NCBI GenBank assembly: GCA_963841545.1
Contig: CAWJDE010000008.1
Span: forward strand, 59,957 to 123,956
Length of the DNA stretch: 64,000 bases
Direction: 5' to 3'
Origin: an uncultured Chloroflexia bacterium
GTDB lineage: Bacteria > Chloroflexota > Limnocylindria > Limnocylindrales > CSP1-4
Positions within the stretch are counted from its first letter, which is position 1. The number at the start of each line of letters is the position of its first letter. Shown here piece by piece: positions 23,281-33,235 of the stretch. The position numbers and the translations under genes were made by a program. Under the pieces are notes generated by a model. It made no database searches. It was given only the letters and a program-made list of their open reading frames with translations, and had not been told where the DNA came from.

Positions 23281-24677
23281 CCGCCACCGCCCGGCAGGTT
23301 GTCCTCGGGCATCACGTCGTGGGCCCGGCCGGTCGCGACGGGCGGCGCTCCGGCGGGCTCCCCGTCCGTTCCCGGCGAGGTCTCGGCCTCGGCCGCCGGG
23401 CCCGGTCCGGCTCCGCCACCGCCACCCGTCCCAGCCCCCGCCGGGGCCGGGGTCGCGCTGCCGCTGGTCACGCCCGCCGCGGCGGAGGGTCCGGTCGCCC
23501 AGGCATCGTTCTCCTCGGGGAGGTTGCGGTAGGCCGCGAAGGCGCGGTCGAAGCGCGCCTGGGCGCGCTCCAGGGCCGCCTGGTTGGCGGCAGTCGGGTT
23601 CGCCGTCGCGCGTTGCCGCGCCTGCTTGAGCGCGGTGTCGGCACGGTCGACCTCGGTCAGCACGGCGTCGCGCCGCTCCGCGCCCGCACCGTAGACGCTG
23701 TCCCACCAGCCCTGGGCGATGACCGCCAGCATCGAGCCGCGGACCAGGGGATCGGCCTTCGCCAGGGTCGCGATGCGGGCCGGGATCCCGAGCTCCGTGG
23801 TGATCGCCGCCGCCGACAGCCCCTGCGCGGCCCTGAGCTGGGCCATCCGGTACCACTGCTCGGTATGCCGCGCCTCGTGGTACACGGTGTCGGCGATCTC
23901 CTTCGCATCATGGAGGCTGATCGTGTCGCCGCCCAGCCTGCCGCGGCCGATGAGCATCCGCCAGGTCGGGAAGTCGAAGCTGCCGTCGTTGTTGGTGTTG
24001 GCGTCGAACGCGGGCGTGACGACGGGCACGCCGGCCGCCGCCAGCCGCTCGTTGACGAGGGCGACCAGCCGGTCGCGGCGCTGCTCCGCGGTCGACAGCT
24101 GCGCCCACTCGTCGATGACCTGGGACTGGACCTGCTCGCCGAACACCTGGCCCTGGCCCTCGACGTTGAGGCCGCTCCGGAAGATCCGCGGCAGGGTCCT
24201 CGGGCCCGCCTTCCCGTCGACGGCGAGGGCGGGATCGCCGGCACCCTCGGTCGTCTGCCATTGGGCGACCGCCAGGACGAGCGCGTCGTCGACGCCGCCC
24301 TCGGGGAGGTTCATCGCGGTCCGGAGCTGGTTGACGATGGCCGGCGTGTACAGCCACGGCTGGGAGGTGTAGTAGCGCCTGGCGTCGGCGACCTGGTCGT
24401 CGTCGAGGAGCGGCGCGGCGTCGCCCGTCGCGGGCGCGGCGCCGTCCGTCGCGTCGGCGAGGTCTCCGGTCGCCTGGTCGGCCGCCGGACCGCCACCTTC
24501 CTGTCGCTGGACCGGGCCCAGGATCGAGGACAGCGCGCGATTGCCCGCGGGTCGCAGCGGGCGCAGCCAGGGCAGGACCGCATCCGACGCGTGGTCGGGC
24601 CCGGTGCGTCGTCCGGCGGCCTGCGGGCCACGCCGGACCGGACCCGCCGGTTCGCGCGCCCCTCGGACCTGGTCCAT
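23277..24677 (-). CDS. Putative zincin metallopeptidase effector with peptidoglycan-binding-like domain
   Basis: AGNRAL...PVQRQ; AVAQWQ...LAVDGKAGPRTL; HEARH (HExxH) and PEENDA. Confidence 0.7.
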   Translation of the reverse strand: MDQVRGAREPAGPVRRGPQAAGRRTGPDHASDAVLPWLRPLRPAGNRALSSILGPVQRQEGGGPAADQATGDLADATDGAAPATGDAAPLLDDDQVADARRYYTSQPWLYTPAIVNQLRTAMNLPEGGVDDALVLAVAQWQTTEGAGDPALAVDGKAGPRTLPRIFRSGLNVEGQGQVFGEQVQSQVIDEWAQLSTAEQRRDRLVALVNERLAAAGVPVVTPAFDANTNNDGSFDFPTWRMLIGRGRLGGDTISLHDAKEIADTVYHEARHTEQWYRMAQLRAAQGLSAAAITTELGIPARIATLAKADPLVRGSMLAVIAQGWWDSVYGAGAERRDAVLTEVDRADTALKQARQRATANPTAANQAALERAQARFDRAFAAYRNLPEENDAWATGPSAAAGVTSGSATPAPAGAGTGGGGGAGPGPAAEAETSPGTDGEPAGAPPVATGRAHDVMPEDNLPGGGG

Positions 24678-24791
24678 GGCGAAGGATTGTAAGTTCCGCG
24701 ATGGCGGCGGCCGGGCAGTCGGCCTGCCCGATCGCGCACGTCGGGCCCGCGACCGCCGTCCCATCCAGGACCACCGTCCGGCCAGGTTCGC

Positions 24792-25271
24792 TCAGCCGGT
24801 CTCGAGGCGCCCCCAGCTGCGTGCCGCATCGATCGCCAGCCGGATCAGCGGCCGTTCGCCGAGCGCGTGCGCTCGATACTGCGGGTACTTCTCGCGGAGC
24901 GCCGCGATCGCGGTCGCGTGCTCCTCGCTCGCGGGCGGCACCGGCTCGAGCACGTCCGCCCGGCCGTCCAGCCGCACCCAGCCAAGGCGCGACCAGTCCT
25001 CGTCCCAGCGCTGGACGAGGAGCGTCGCGACCGGCAGCCGGAGCACGTCCCGGATGCGCGCCAGCCGGCGCGGATCCGCCGAGCGCTTTGGCTTCTCGTC
25101 GATCGGCGTCCACAGCACCGGCCGCGCGCGGAGGTCGAGGGTGGCGGAGAGCGCGAAGCAGACCGGAACCAGGCGCGGCCGGCCATCGGCCGCGACCGTT
25201 GCGAGCGTCGCCGTCCGGGCCGCGGCGACGAAGGCATGCTCCGTGGCGCTCAGGATCGGGGCGTGCGGCAT
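24792..25271 (-). CDS. PPOX-class (pyridoxamine 5'-phosphate oxidase family) oxidoreductase
   Basis: ATLATVAADGRPRLVPVCF, IDEKPK, WDEDWSRLGWV, KYPQY. Confidence 0.88.
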   Translation of the reverse strand: MPHAPILSATEHAFVAAARTATLATVAADGRPRLVPVCFALSATLDLRARPVLWTPIDEKPKRSADPRRLARIRDVLRLPVATLLVQRWDEDWSRLGWVRLDGRADVLEPVPPASEEHATAIAALREKYPQYRAHALGERPLIRLAIDAARSWGRLETG

Positions 25272-25326
25272 CGCCCAAGTATGGCCCCGGGCGTCGTGAC
25301 CGCGGGCGAGTAGCATCGGGCTCACC

Positions 25327-26208
25327 ATGACCGACGCGTCTCCCGGCTCCACCCCGCCCGCGCCCACGCCGACGCCCCGCGAGGCCACCCGTGTCCGCGT
25401 GACCGCCGTCCGCGCCGGACGGACCGAGATGCGCGACGACCGGCTGGCCGGCGAGGAGCCGATGGCGATCCGGGCCTGCGGCCCGGGCGAGCAGCCCGTG
25501 GATGTCGCGGTCACGATGCGGACCCCGGGTCACGAGGCCGAGCTCGCGGTCGGCTTCCTGCGCACCGAAGGGCTGTTCGACGATGGAACCCGGGTGGTCC
25601 GGGTCACGACGGGCGACCCGCGGGCGACCGCCCAGCCGGACGACGAGGTCACCGTCCATCTCGACCACCCCTTCGACGGCGGCCGGGTGGCCCGGCGCCA
25701 GTTCGTCGCGACGGCGTCATGCGGGATCTGCGGCAAGGCCACGCTCGACGAGATCGAGGTGCGATGCGCGCCCATCCCGGACGGGCCGCAGGTCTCCGCC
25801 GAGCTGCTCCTGGCGCTCCCCGCGGCGCTCCGCGATGCCCAGGCGGTGTTCGAGGCGACGGGCGGGCTCCACGCGGCCGGGTTGTTCGACGCCGCCGGGC
25901 GGTTGCTGGCGCTGCGCGAGGATGTCGGCCGCCACAACGCCCTGGACAAGCTCATCGGGAGCCAGGTGCTGGCGGGTGCCCTGCCGCTGCACGATCGGAT
26001 CGTGCTCGTGTCCGGCCGGGCCAGCTTCGAGCTGGTCCAGAAGGCGGCCGTGGCGGGCGTTCCGATCCTGGCCGCCGTCTCGGCGCCCAGCGACCTCGCG
26101 GTGGAGGCCGCCGCGCGCCTGGGGCTGACGCTGGTCGGGTTCCTGCGCGGTGACGGCTTCAACGTCTATGCCCGTCCGGACCGGGTGGCGGTCGGGCGGG
26201 ACGGCTGA
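25327..26208 (+). CDS. fdhD: Formate dehydrogenase accessory sulfurtransferase
   Basis: MRTPGH, SCGICG, TGGLHAA, EDVGRHNALDKLIG, VSAPS. Confidence 0.95.
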   Translation: MTDASPGSTPPAPTPTPREATRVRVTAVRAGRTEMRDDRLAGEEPMAIRACGPGEQPVDVAVTMRTPGHEAELAVGFLRTEGLFDDGTRVVRVTTGDPRATAQPDDEVTVHLDHPFDGGRVARRQFVATASCGICGKATLDEIEVRCAPIPDGPQVSAELLLALPAALRDAQAVFEATGGLHAAGLFDAAGRLLALREDVGRHNALDKLIGSQVLAGALPLHDRIVLVSGRASFELVQKAAVAGVPILAAVSAPSDLAVEAAARLGLTLVGFLRGDGFNVYARPDRVAVGRDG

Positions 26209-26219
26209 CGGACGACCCG

Positions 26220-27797
26220 TCAGCCCCGTTCGAGCTTTCGGTCCAGGCCTCGCTTGACCACGTACAGGAACGCGGCGTTGAAGGCGATGAACGCGAGCAC
26301 GATGATCATCGCCTGCCGGCGGAACATGCTCTCGTCAACCTTTGCCGTCGCCATCGCCTCGGCGGCCTCGGCCTTCGTCCGGGCATCCTGGGACAGGTCG
26401 GCCACCTTGGTCAGCTTCGTGGTATGGACGGCCGCCTGCGCCTGGATGAGGCTGGTCTTGGCATCTGCCAGCGCGACCTCCGCGTCCGAGGTGATCATGC
26501 CCAGCCGGGCGGCCTCCTCGATCCGACCGGCTGCCCCGTCGTAGGCTTCCTGGGCCGAGTTGACCGCGTTCGCGATCCCCTGGATCTGCGCGTAGATCTG
26601 CGAATCCGGATGATGGCAGGTGTCGCACCGCCGGTCCGACTCGTCCGCGAAGCGGCTGAGCTCGATGCGGAGGGTGTGCGTCTGGAGGTCGTGGCAGGTG
26701 TCGCACGTGTAGTCCGGTGTGTCCGGGTGGAAGAACAGCTGCGAGCCCGGCTGCGACACGTCGTGGGTGCCGTGACAGGTCCAGCACTTGGGTGCCGCGG
26801 CCTGGAGCTCGGAGTGCCGGCTCTCCTGGTACAGGTCCTGGGTGGCGGTATGACACTTGCCGCACACATCGACCACGGTCTCCGAGGTCGGCGGCTTGGC
26901 GTCGTGCGATCCATGGCATGAGGCGCAGCTCGGCGCCCGGACGTCCTTGTTGTCGAGGAGCGCGACGCCGTGAACGCTCTTCGAGTAGATCGCGAACTGG
27001 TCGGTCGGGATCCCGTACGGCTCCATGCGCTGGGCATCCGCGTGGCAGCTCGCACAGAGCTCCGGAACGTTGAGCACGAACACCTTCGCCGACGGATCGG
27101 ACACCTTCTTGATGTCGTGCGACCCGTGGCAGTCGATGCATGTCGCGACGCGGGTGTCGTTCTCGCCCGCCAGTCGCTGACCGTGAACGCTCGCCCAGTA
27201 TTTCGCGTACTGGTCGGTGGACAGGCCGGAGGCACGCATCCGCTCGATGTTGGCGTGGCAGCTGCCGCACAGGCCAACGGCCCCCATCCGGTCCGGCGCG
27301 CCGACGAACCCGTTGGCGGGATCCATGGCGACGGTGATCTGGTCCGATCCCGGGTCACCCCCGTGGCAGTCCGCGCAGCCCACACCCGCCTGGGCGTGGA
27401 CGCTGCCGCTCCAGGCCGCGGCGATCGTCGCCTGTTCGTCGTTGACGTCGCTGTGGCAGTCGTAGCAGCCGTTGGCGCCACCCCCGTCGGGGTGTGCGAT
27501 CGGGTCGGGCAGCGGGGGGGCCGATACGACCGGGATCTCGGGCGTCGGCACGGGTGTCGCGAACAGCCAGTCGAAGTTGGAGGCCGAGGGCGTGCTGACG
27601 GGTGTCGCCGCCGGCCGCGGGCTGGCCGACTCCGCGGCTCCGGCGCTCGGATCCTGGGCCGCCGCCGACCAGGCGAACAGCAGCCACGCGAGCCCCAGCA
27701 GCCCGAAGGTCGACGCGGCCCGCACCAGCCGGCGTTCCGGCACCTGACGGCGCGGCCACGCTCGAGCGCGTGCCGGGCGAACCGGGTCAGCTGACAT
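26220..27797 (-). CDS. Decaheme cytochrome c with C-terminal membrane anchor
   Basis: 10 CXXCH (CYDCH, CADCH, CGSCH, CIDCH, CASCH x2, CGKCH, CWTCH, CDTCH x2); N-terminal signal; Ala-rich helix plus C-terminal TM. Confidence 0.92.
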   Translation of the reverse strand: MSADPVRPARARAWPRRQVPERRLVRAASTFGLLGLAWLLFAWSAAAQDPSAGAAESASPRPAATPVSTPSASNFDWLFATPVPTPEIPVVSAPPLPDPIAHPDGGGANGCYDCHSDVNDEQATIAAAWSGSVHAQAGVGCADCHGGDPGSDQITVAMDPANGFVGAPDRMGAVGLCGSCHANIERMRASGLSTDQYAKYWASVHGQRLAGENDTRVATCIDCHGSHDIKKVSDPSAKVFVLNVPELCASCHADAQRMEPYGIPTDQFAIYSKSVHGVALLDNKDVRAPSCASCHGSHDAKPPTSETVVDVCGKCHTATQDLYQESRHSELQAAAPKCWTCHGTHDVSQPGSQLFFHPDTPDYTCDTCHDLQTHTLRIELSRFADESDRRCDTCHHPDSQIYAQIQGIANAVNSAQEAYDGAAGRIEEAARLGMITSDAEVALADAKTSLIQAQAAVHTTKLTKVADLSQDARTKAEAAEAMATAKVDESMFRRQAMIIVLAFIAFNAAFLYVVKRGLDRKLERG

Positions 27798-28860
27798 AGC
27801 CGTACACGGTGAGCACGATCATGGCCACCAGCACCAGGGTCGCGGCTCCCACCACCAGCTTGCGCCGTCGCGCGAGCACCTCCGGGCTGCGGTCGAGGAA
27901 CGGCCACACGAGGAGCACGCCGATGCCGATGATCGGGGCGAGCACGGCGGCCGTGCGGGGGATCACCTTGAGCAGCTGGTAGACGGCGAGGTAGTACCAC
28001 TCGGGCTTGATATGGGCCGGTGTCTGGAGCTGATTGGCCTGCTCCTCGAGGCCGGCAGGGAACAGCGACGCGAGCACGACCAGGATCGCGAGGATGACGT
28101 ACCAGGCCACGATCTCGTCCAACAGGTAGTTCGGGTAGAAGGGCCGCAGCGGCTCCGCGTCGTCCTCGGCGGTCCGCACCCGCGGCTCGGGTTTCCGGGG
28201 ATTGGCGAGGCCAAGCTGGTGCACCAGCACGAGGTGGGCGGCCATCAGGCTGGCCAGCGCCAGCGGCAGGACCAGCACGTGGATCCCGAAGAACCGGCTC
28301 ATCGTGTCGCCGGTCACGTCCGGACCGCCCCGCAGCAGCTGCAGCAGCGAGTCGCCGACCAGCGGAACCGAGCCCGCGATGTCGGTGCCCACCACCGTGG
28401 CCCAGTACGCGCGCTGGTCCCACGGCAGCAGGTAGCCGGTGAAGCCGAAGCCGAGGGTCACCAGCAGGAGACCACCGCCGATGACCCAGGTCAGCTCGCG
28501 CGGGTACTTGTAGGCCGCCTGGAAGAAGACCCGCAACAGGTGGAGGGCGACGAACAGGATCATCAGGTTCGCGGCCCAGTGGTGCAGGCTCCGGATGAGC
28601 CAGCCGAAGCTCACGTCGCTGGTGACGAACTGGACGCTCTCGTAGGCCGCATCGGGGGTCGGCTTGTAGTACAGGGTCAGGAGCGTGCCGGTGACCACCT
28701 GGATGCCGAACAGGAACAGCGCGATCCCGCCGAAGTACATCGTCCGGGCCGACATCGGGATCCGCACGTGGAGCAGCGCACCGATGACCGGGCCGAGGCC
28801 CGTCCGCTGCTCGACCCAGGTCGGTGTTCGGGCGCGTCCCGCGCCGGGACCTGCGGCCAT
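27787..28860 (-). CDS. Cytochrome b of a Rieske/cytb complex (b6 plus subunit IV fused)
   Basis: GWLIRSLHHW...LHLLRVF, GYLLPWDQ, H-x14-H, IKPEWY. Confidence 0.93.
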   Translation of the reverse strand: MAAGPGAGRARTPTWVEQRTGLGPVIGALLHVRIPMSARTMYFGGIALFLFGIQVVTGTLLTLYYKPTPDAAYESVQFVTSDVSFGWLIRSLHHWAANLMILFVALHLLRVFFQAAYKYPRELTWVIGGGLLLVTLGFGFTGYLLPWDQRAYWATVVGTDIAGSVPLVGDSLLQLLRGGPDVTGDTMSRFFGIHVLVLPLALASLMAAHLVLVHQLGLANPRKPEPRVRTAEDDAEPLRPFYPNYLLDEIVAWYVILAILVVLASLFPAGLEEQANQLQTPAHIKPEWYYLAVYQLLKVIPRTAAVLAPIIGIGVLLVWPFLDRSPEVLARRRKLVVGAATLVLVAMIVLTVYGYVS

Positions 28861-28861
28861 C

Positions 28862-29374
28862 TCAGGCCTCGCTCAGGAAGATCTGCTCGCCCTCGACCGA
28901 GACGGTGAGCGGCGACAGCGGCGCCGGCGGCGGCCCGGACACGACCGCGCCCGAGCCGGGATTGAACCGGCCGTCGTGGCATGGGCACTGGATGACGCCG
29001 GCGAGGTCGTTCCAGGCCACGACGCAGCCAAGGTGGGTGCAGATCGCCGAGTACGCCCGGATGCCCTGCTCGGTGTTGACGAGGATCGCGGGCTTGCCGC
29101 CCAGCGGCACCACCTTGCCGCCGCCCGGAGGGACGTCGGACGTGGTCGCGACCAGGACCTTGCCACCGCCGCCGGCCCGCCCGGTCGCCGGCGGCACGAG
29201 GAAGCCGAGGACGGGGGTGACCACCATGGCCAGGGTCGAGAACACGGTCAGGCCACCGAGCCAGCGCAGGAACCCGCGTCGCGTCTGCGTGTCAGCGGGA
29301 TCCGCAGCGACGGCTCCGGAGGGCGCGGGCCCACCCGGCACGGGCTCGGGCGCGCTCGCGGGGTCGTCGTCCAT
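28862..29374 (-). CDS. Rieske Fe-S subunit of Rieske/cytb complex
   Basis: Tat TRRGFL plus TM; CTHLGC, CPCHDG, GPPP; start approximate. Confidence 0.9.
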   Translation of the reverse strand: MDDDPASAPEPVPGGPAPSGAVAADPADTQTRRGFLRWLGGLTVFSTLAMVVTPVLGFLVPPATGRAGGGGKVLVATTSDVPPGGGKVVPLGGKPAILVNTEQGIRAYSAICTHLGCVVAWNDLAGVIQCPCHDGRFNPGSGAVVSGPPPAPLSPLTVSVEGEQIFLSEA

Positions 29375-29660
29375 GGCAGCCTCCGGCGGGGGCCGAATGG
29401 CCCGCCGCTCGCCTCCCTGATGGACCGACATTGTGCGAGCCACAGCCCGCCGGAGGAATGTGCGGATCGATAGAGAAGGCATATGCCTGGAGCGGCGCGA
29501 CGGGTTCCGCGGGTCCGACACCCCGTCGCCCGGGCCAGGGAGCCCGGGCGGCCGCGACGAGCCGCGTGCGGTGTTGGCCGCCGTTTCTCCTCCAAGCCTC
29601 GGGCCACCGGCGCTTGCCGGCGCGACGCGTGGCGTCGTGGGGTGGCGGCGCGGTTGCCCC

Positions 29661-31513
29661 TCAGCCGCCCGGGGCCAGCGGCCAGCTGAGACCGGACGGC
29701 TGGTCCGGGACCTGGCCGCTGGTGCCGATCGAGAACGGCGTGGTGACCGGCAGCACGGGGTCGGCGTGGCAGCGCGCGCAGTAGACCGGCTGATGGCAGT
29801 AGGCGCAGGCGGTGTTGCCCTGGTCGCGGATCACCTTGGCGTGGTTGGTCGCCATCTCGTCGTGGTCGACGGTGACCGCACCGGTCGAGTGGCAGTTCAC
29901 GCAGAAGTCGCGAGCGTGGCACTCGCCGCACGTTGTCCCGCCGGGGTCGAGGTTGGTGGCGACGGACTTGTGGTCGAACACCCACAGGTTGTCCTCGTGC
30001 GAGTCCGGCGGCTGGCCGAGCGGCAGGCTGGCCACGGCCGGCCCGAGCTGCGGGAAGGTGTGGCAGGTGTCGCACGTGGACGGGATCGTCTTGTTGGTCG
30101 CCACGCCGTTCTCGACCAGGAAATGGCCACCGTCGTGGCACCGGAAGCAGCCGGGGAAGTCGAGATGACCGAGATTGTCCGGATAGGTCTTCGCGGTGAC
30201 CTTCATCTCGGGTGTCGCCGCCGTCTGGTAGATGTCCTTGATCTGCGTGATCGCCGTCTGGATCTCGGCCGACTTCGTTGCCGAGACCGACGGGTAGTTG
30301 ACCGCGTAGAAGGTGGTCAGCTCGTCCACCGCGGCCTCGGCTGCGGCGTCGTCCGGATACGACCCCCACAGGATCCGCATGCCCTCGCGCTTGATGAACG
30401 GGAGCGAGGGGTCGATGGCGCCGGTCGAGAGCTCGTAGTCGAGCTCCGTCCGGGGGTTGGGGATCGGGTGGCCGACGCGGTTGTGGCAGTCGTAGCAGGA
30501 CATCGTGGTCGAGCTCTGGTCGGCCTGGATACGGGTGACGTCCGGGGCGACGTGACCGGAATCGCTGATGGCGGCCTGGCTGAGGTACTCGCGGACGACG
30601 CCGTCCTCGCCCGTCGCCTCGACCAGATCGATCCGGGAGCCGTTGGCGTCCGGCGACCAGTAGTTCACGGTCCGCAGCACGTGCCAGTGGACGCTCGTGT
30701 TGATGTCGAACACATCGCCGCCCGCGGGCCGGACGAGGAGCCCGACGAACTGGCGCGTGTTGGTCTCGTCCTCGGCGTACACGGTCGTCGTCTTGAGCAT
30801 GGTGACCACGTGCGACGCGACCGCATGGCAGCGCTGGCAGGTGACGGCCGCTCCGGGCAGATCGGAGTGTTCCGGTGGCGGGATCGGCGTCGGGAACGTC
30901 CCCAGGACCACCTCGACCAGCTGACGGGTGCCGTTGAGCTTGGCCTTGATCCAGCCGGCGATGCCGGGCTCCACATGGCACTCGGCGCACGCGACGTCAC
31001 GATGCGGGCCGGCCTCATAGGCCGCGAGCTCGGGCGCCATCGTGTGGCAGCGGCCGCAGAAGTCGGCGGTCTCGGTCCAGTTGAGCAGCGACACCGCGGA
31101 GAAGGTTGCGACGCCGCCCAGCCCGGTCAGGACCAGGATCAGGGCGAACAGCCCGCTCCTCGATGCGGGCAGCCGGAGGCGGCGACCGCGCAGGTAGAAC
31201 GGGTGGCGCCGGCGGCGTGGGGCGGTCGCGACCGGGGTGTCGGCGGTCGCCGCAACGGGTCCAGCCTCGCCCGGGTCGGCGCTCGCGGGCTGGTCGGCGC
31301 TCGCGGGCTGGTCGGCGCTCGCGGGCTGGACGTTGCGCTCGCGGGCTGGTCGGCGCTCGCGGGCTGGTCGGCGCTCGCGGGCTCGGTGCCCGTCGGGGTC
31401 GGTGCCGCGTCGATCTCCGACCCGCGGCCGGCCGACGATGCAGCGACCTCTGGCGCCGGCTCGACGTCGGGATCCGCCGGGAGCTGGTCGCCGGGCAGGG
31501 TGGGATCGGACAC
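29661..31513 (-). CDS. NapC/NirT-like membrane-anchored decaheme cytochrome c (apparent frameshift near 31332)
   Basis: GTG at 31513 is out of frame with TM plus WTET.DFCGRCH..M, H..V.CAECH; 10 CXXCH in 29661..31094. Confidence 0.85.
31279..31383. repeat. 18-bp coding tandem repeat (PASADQ), about 5.7 units, one aberrant 20-bp unit
   Basis: gcgctcgcgggctggtcg units; unit 31315-31334 reads gcgctcgcgggctggacgtt. Confidence 0.9.
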
Positions 31514-31520
31514 GGAAGGG

Positions 31521-32120
31521 CTACTGGACGATGGACGCGACGGCGCTGTCCATCTCCGACCTTGGCAGCGCGCCGATCCGGATGTCCTTGATCCGGCCGT
31601 CGGCGCCGATGAAGAAATGCGTCGGGATCCCGAGCGTGCGGTAGCTCGATGCGATCGTCTCGCTCTGGTCGACGGCGATGGGGAACGTCAGGCCGGCCCG
31701 CTGGGCATAGGCGCCGATGTCGGCGCTGCTCTCATCGATGAACACGGCCAGCACCACCAGGCCCTGGTCGCGGTAGGCCTCGTACGCGGCCTCCACGTCG
31801 GGCGCCTCGGTCCGGCAGTCGGGACACCACGACGCGCCGAACGTCAGCCATACGGGCTTGCCCGCGTAGTCGGCCAGCGAGACCGTCGTGCCGTCCCACG
31901 TCTTCGCGGTGAAGTCGGGCGGCATCGCCCCGACCGCCGGCGCGGCGCCGGCGACGTTGCCGGTGAGATTGACGGCGGTCACGCCGTCGTCCGTGCCGGG
32001 ACCCGAGATGACCCACGCCAGCGCCCCGATCACGATCGCCGTCACGCCGATGACCGCGATCGTCTGGACCCGGCTCGCCCCGCCGCGGGCGGGCCGCGCC
32101 GTCATGCCTGCAGCGCCCAT
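31521..32120 (-). CDS. resA: ResA/TlpA thiol-disulfide oxidoreductase
   Basis: TM anchor, GKPVWLTFGASWCPDC, GIPTHFFI. Confidence 0.9.
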   Translation of the reverse strand: MGAAGMTARPARGGASRVQTIAVIGVTAIVIGALAWVISGPGTDDGVTAVNLTGNVAGAAPAVGAMPPDFTAKTWDGTTVSLADYAGKPVWLTFGASWCPDCRTEAPDVEAAYEAYRDQGLVVLAVFIDESSADIGAYAQRAGLTFPIAVDQSETIASSYRTLGIPTHFFIGADGRIKDIRIGALPRSEMDSAVASIVQ

Positions 32121-32148
32121 CTCGATCGCTCCCGTCGTCAGCGGCAGC

Positions 32149-33222
32149 TCAGCCGAGGCCGGCGTAGCTGTGGAGCCCGCCGAAGAAGTAGTTGCCGAAG
32201 TAGGTGAAGAGGGTTGCCTCGAACCCCAGCACCAGCAGCCAGGCTGCCCGGCTGCCGCGCCACCCGCGCATCACGCGAGCGTGCAGGTAGGCCCCGTAGA
32301 TGAACCACGTCACCAGGGACGCCGTCTCCTTCGGATCCCAGCTCCAGTACGCGCCCCAGGCCACGTTGGCCCAGACCGCGCCGAGGATGATCGTGAGCGT
32401 CAGGAACGGGAAGCCGATGACGACGGCGTGGTAGCCGATCTCGTCGAGCACCTGCGGCTTGGGCAGGCCCCAGCGGGCCCCGCCGGACTCGAGCGCGGCC
32501 AACCCCGCGGCCGGACCATAGGCAACCCGGCGGAGGGCGGCCACCGCCACGCCCACGAGGATCGACACCGCGATCCCGGCCAGGACGGCGCTGCCCGCGC
32601 CGTCGGCGACCAGGAAGCCCGCGCCCACCACCAGCCCGGCGACGGCGCCCAGCAGGAAGGTCGGGGCCGACCCGGTCTGGACCAGGTACAGGGCCGAGGC
32701 GGCGAACGCGATCGCGAACGAGCCGTAGGCGACGATGGCGACGGCGACGTGGACGGTGAGCAGCAGGTTGTTCTGGAGGGCCGGCACGAGCGGCTCGATG
32801 TCGGCCGGGATGGTCGCGGCATAGACCATCATCGCGAGGCCCACGGGCAGCGCGACGAGGGCCAGGATGCGCTGGTGGTAGCGGCGCTCGAACCACATGT
32901 AGGCGGCCAGCACGCCGAACGCGAACGCCATCGAGAACTCGTACATGTTGGCGAACGGTCCGTGGCCGGTCGCGACGGTGCGGAACGCGAGGCTCGCCAG
33001 CAGGGCCAGCACCGCCAGCCACCCGACGATGGTCGCGTAGCGCCCGATCGCGGCCGTGCGCGGGCCGGAGACGAAGCCCATGGCTCCGGTCGTGACCTGG
33101 AGCCCGGCGGTCTGCATCCGCGCGGCCCGCAGCCCGGACACCGCGTACATCAGGTAGAGGAGCGTCGCCAGCCCGGTGCTGAGCATCGCCGCCACGAAGG
33201 CGTATTCGGACATCTTTGCCAT
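32149..33222 (-). CDS. ccsA: Cytochrome c biogenesis protein CcsA/ResC (System II heme lyase)
   Basis: GHGPFANMYE, PALQNN.L..H, GAVWA..AWG.YWSWDPKE, GLHSYA. Confidence 0.95.
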   Translation of the reverse strand: MAKMSEYAFVAAMLSTGLATLLYLMYAVSGLRAARMQTAGLQVTTGAMGFVSGPRTAAIGRYATIVGWLAVLALLASLAFRTVATGHGPFANMYEFSMAFAFGVLAAYMWFERRYHQRILALVALPVGLAMMVYAATIPADIEPLVPALQNNLLLTVHVAVAIVAYGSFAIAFAASALYLVQTGSAPTFLLGAVAGLVVGAGFLVADGAGSAVLAGIAVSILVGVAVAALRRVAYGPAAGLAALESGGARWGLPKPQVLDEIGYHAVVIGFPFLTLTIILGAVWANVAWGAYWSWDPKETASLVTWFIYGAYLHARVMRGWRGSRAAWLLVLGFEATLFTYFGNYFFGGLHSYAGLG

Positions 33223-33235
33223 GACCCGTACTCCC

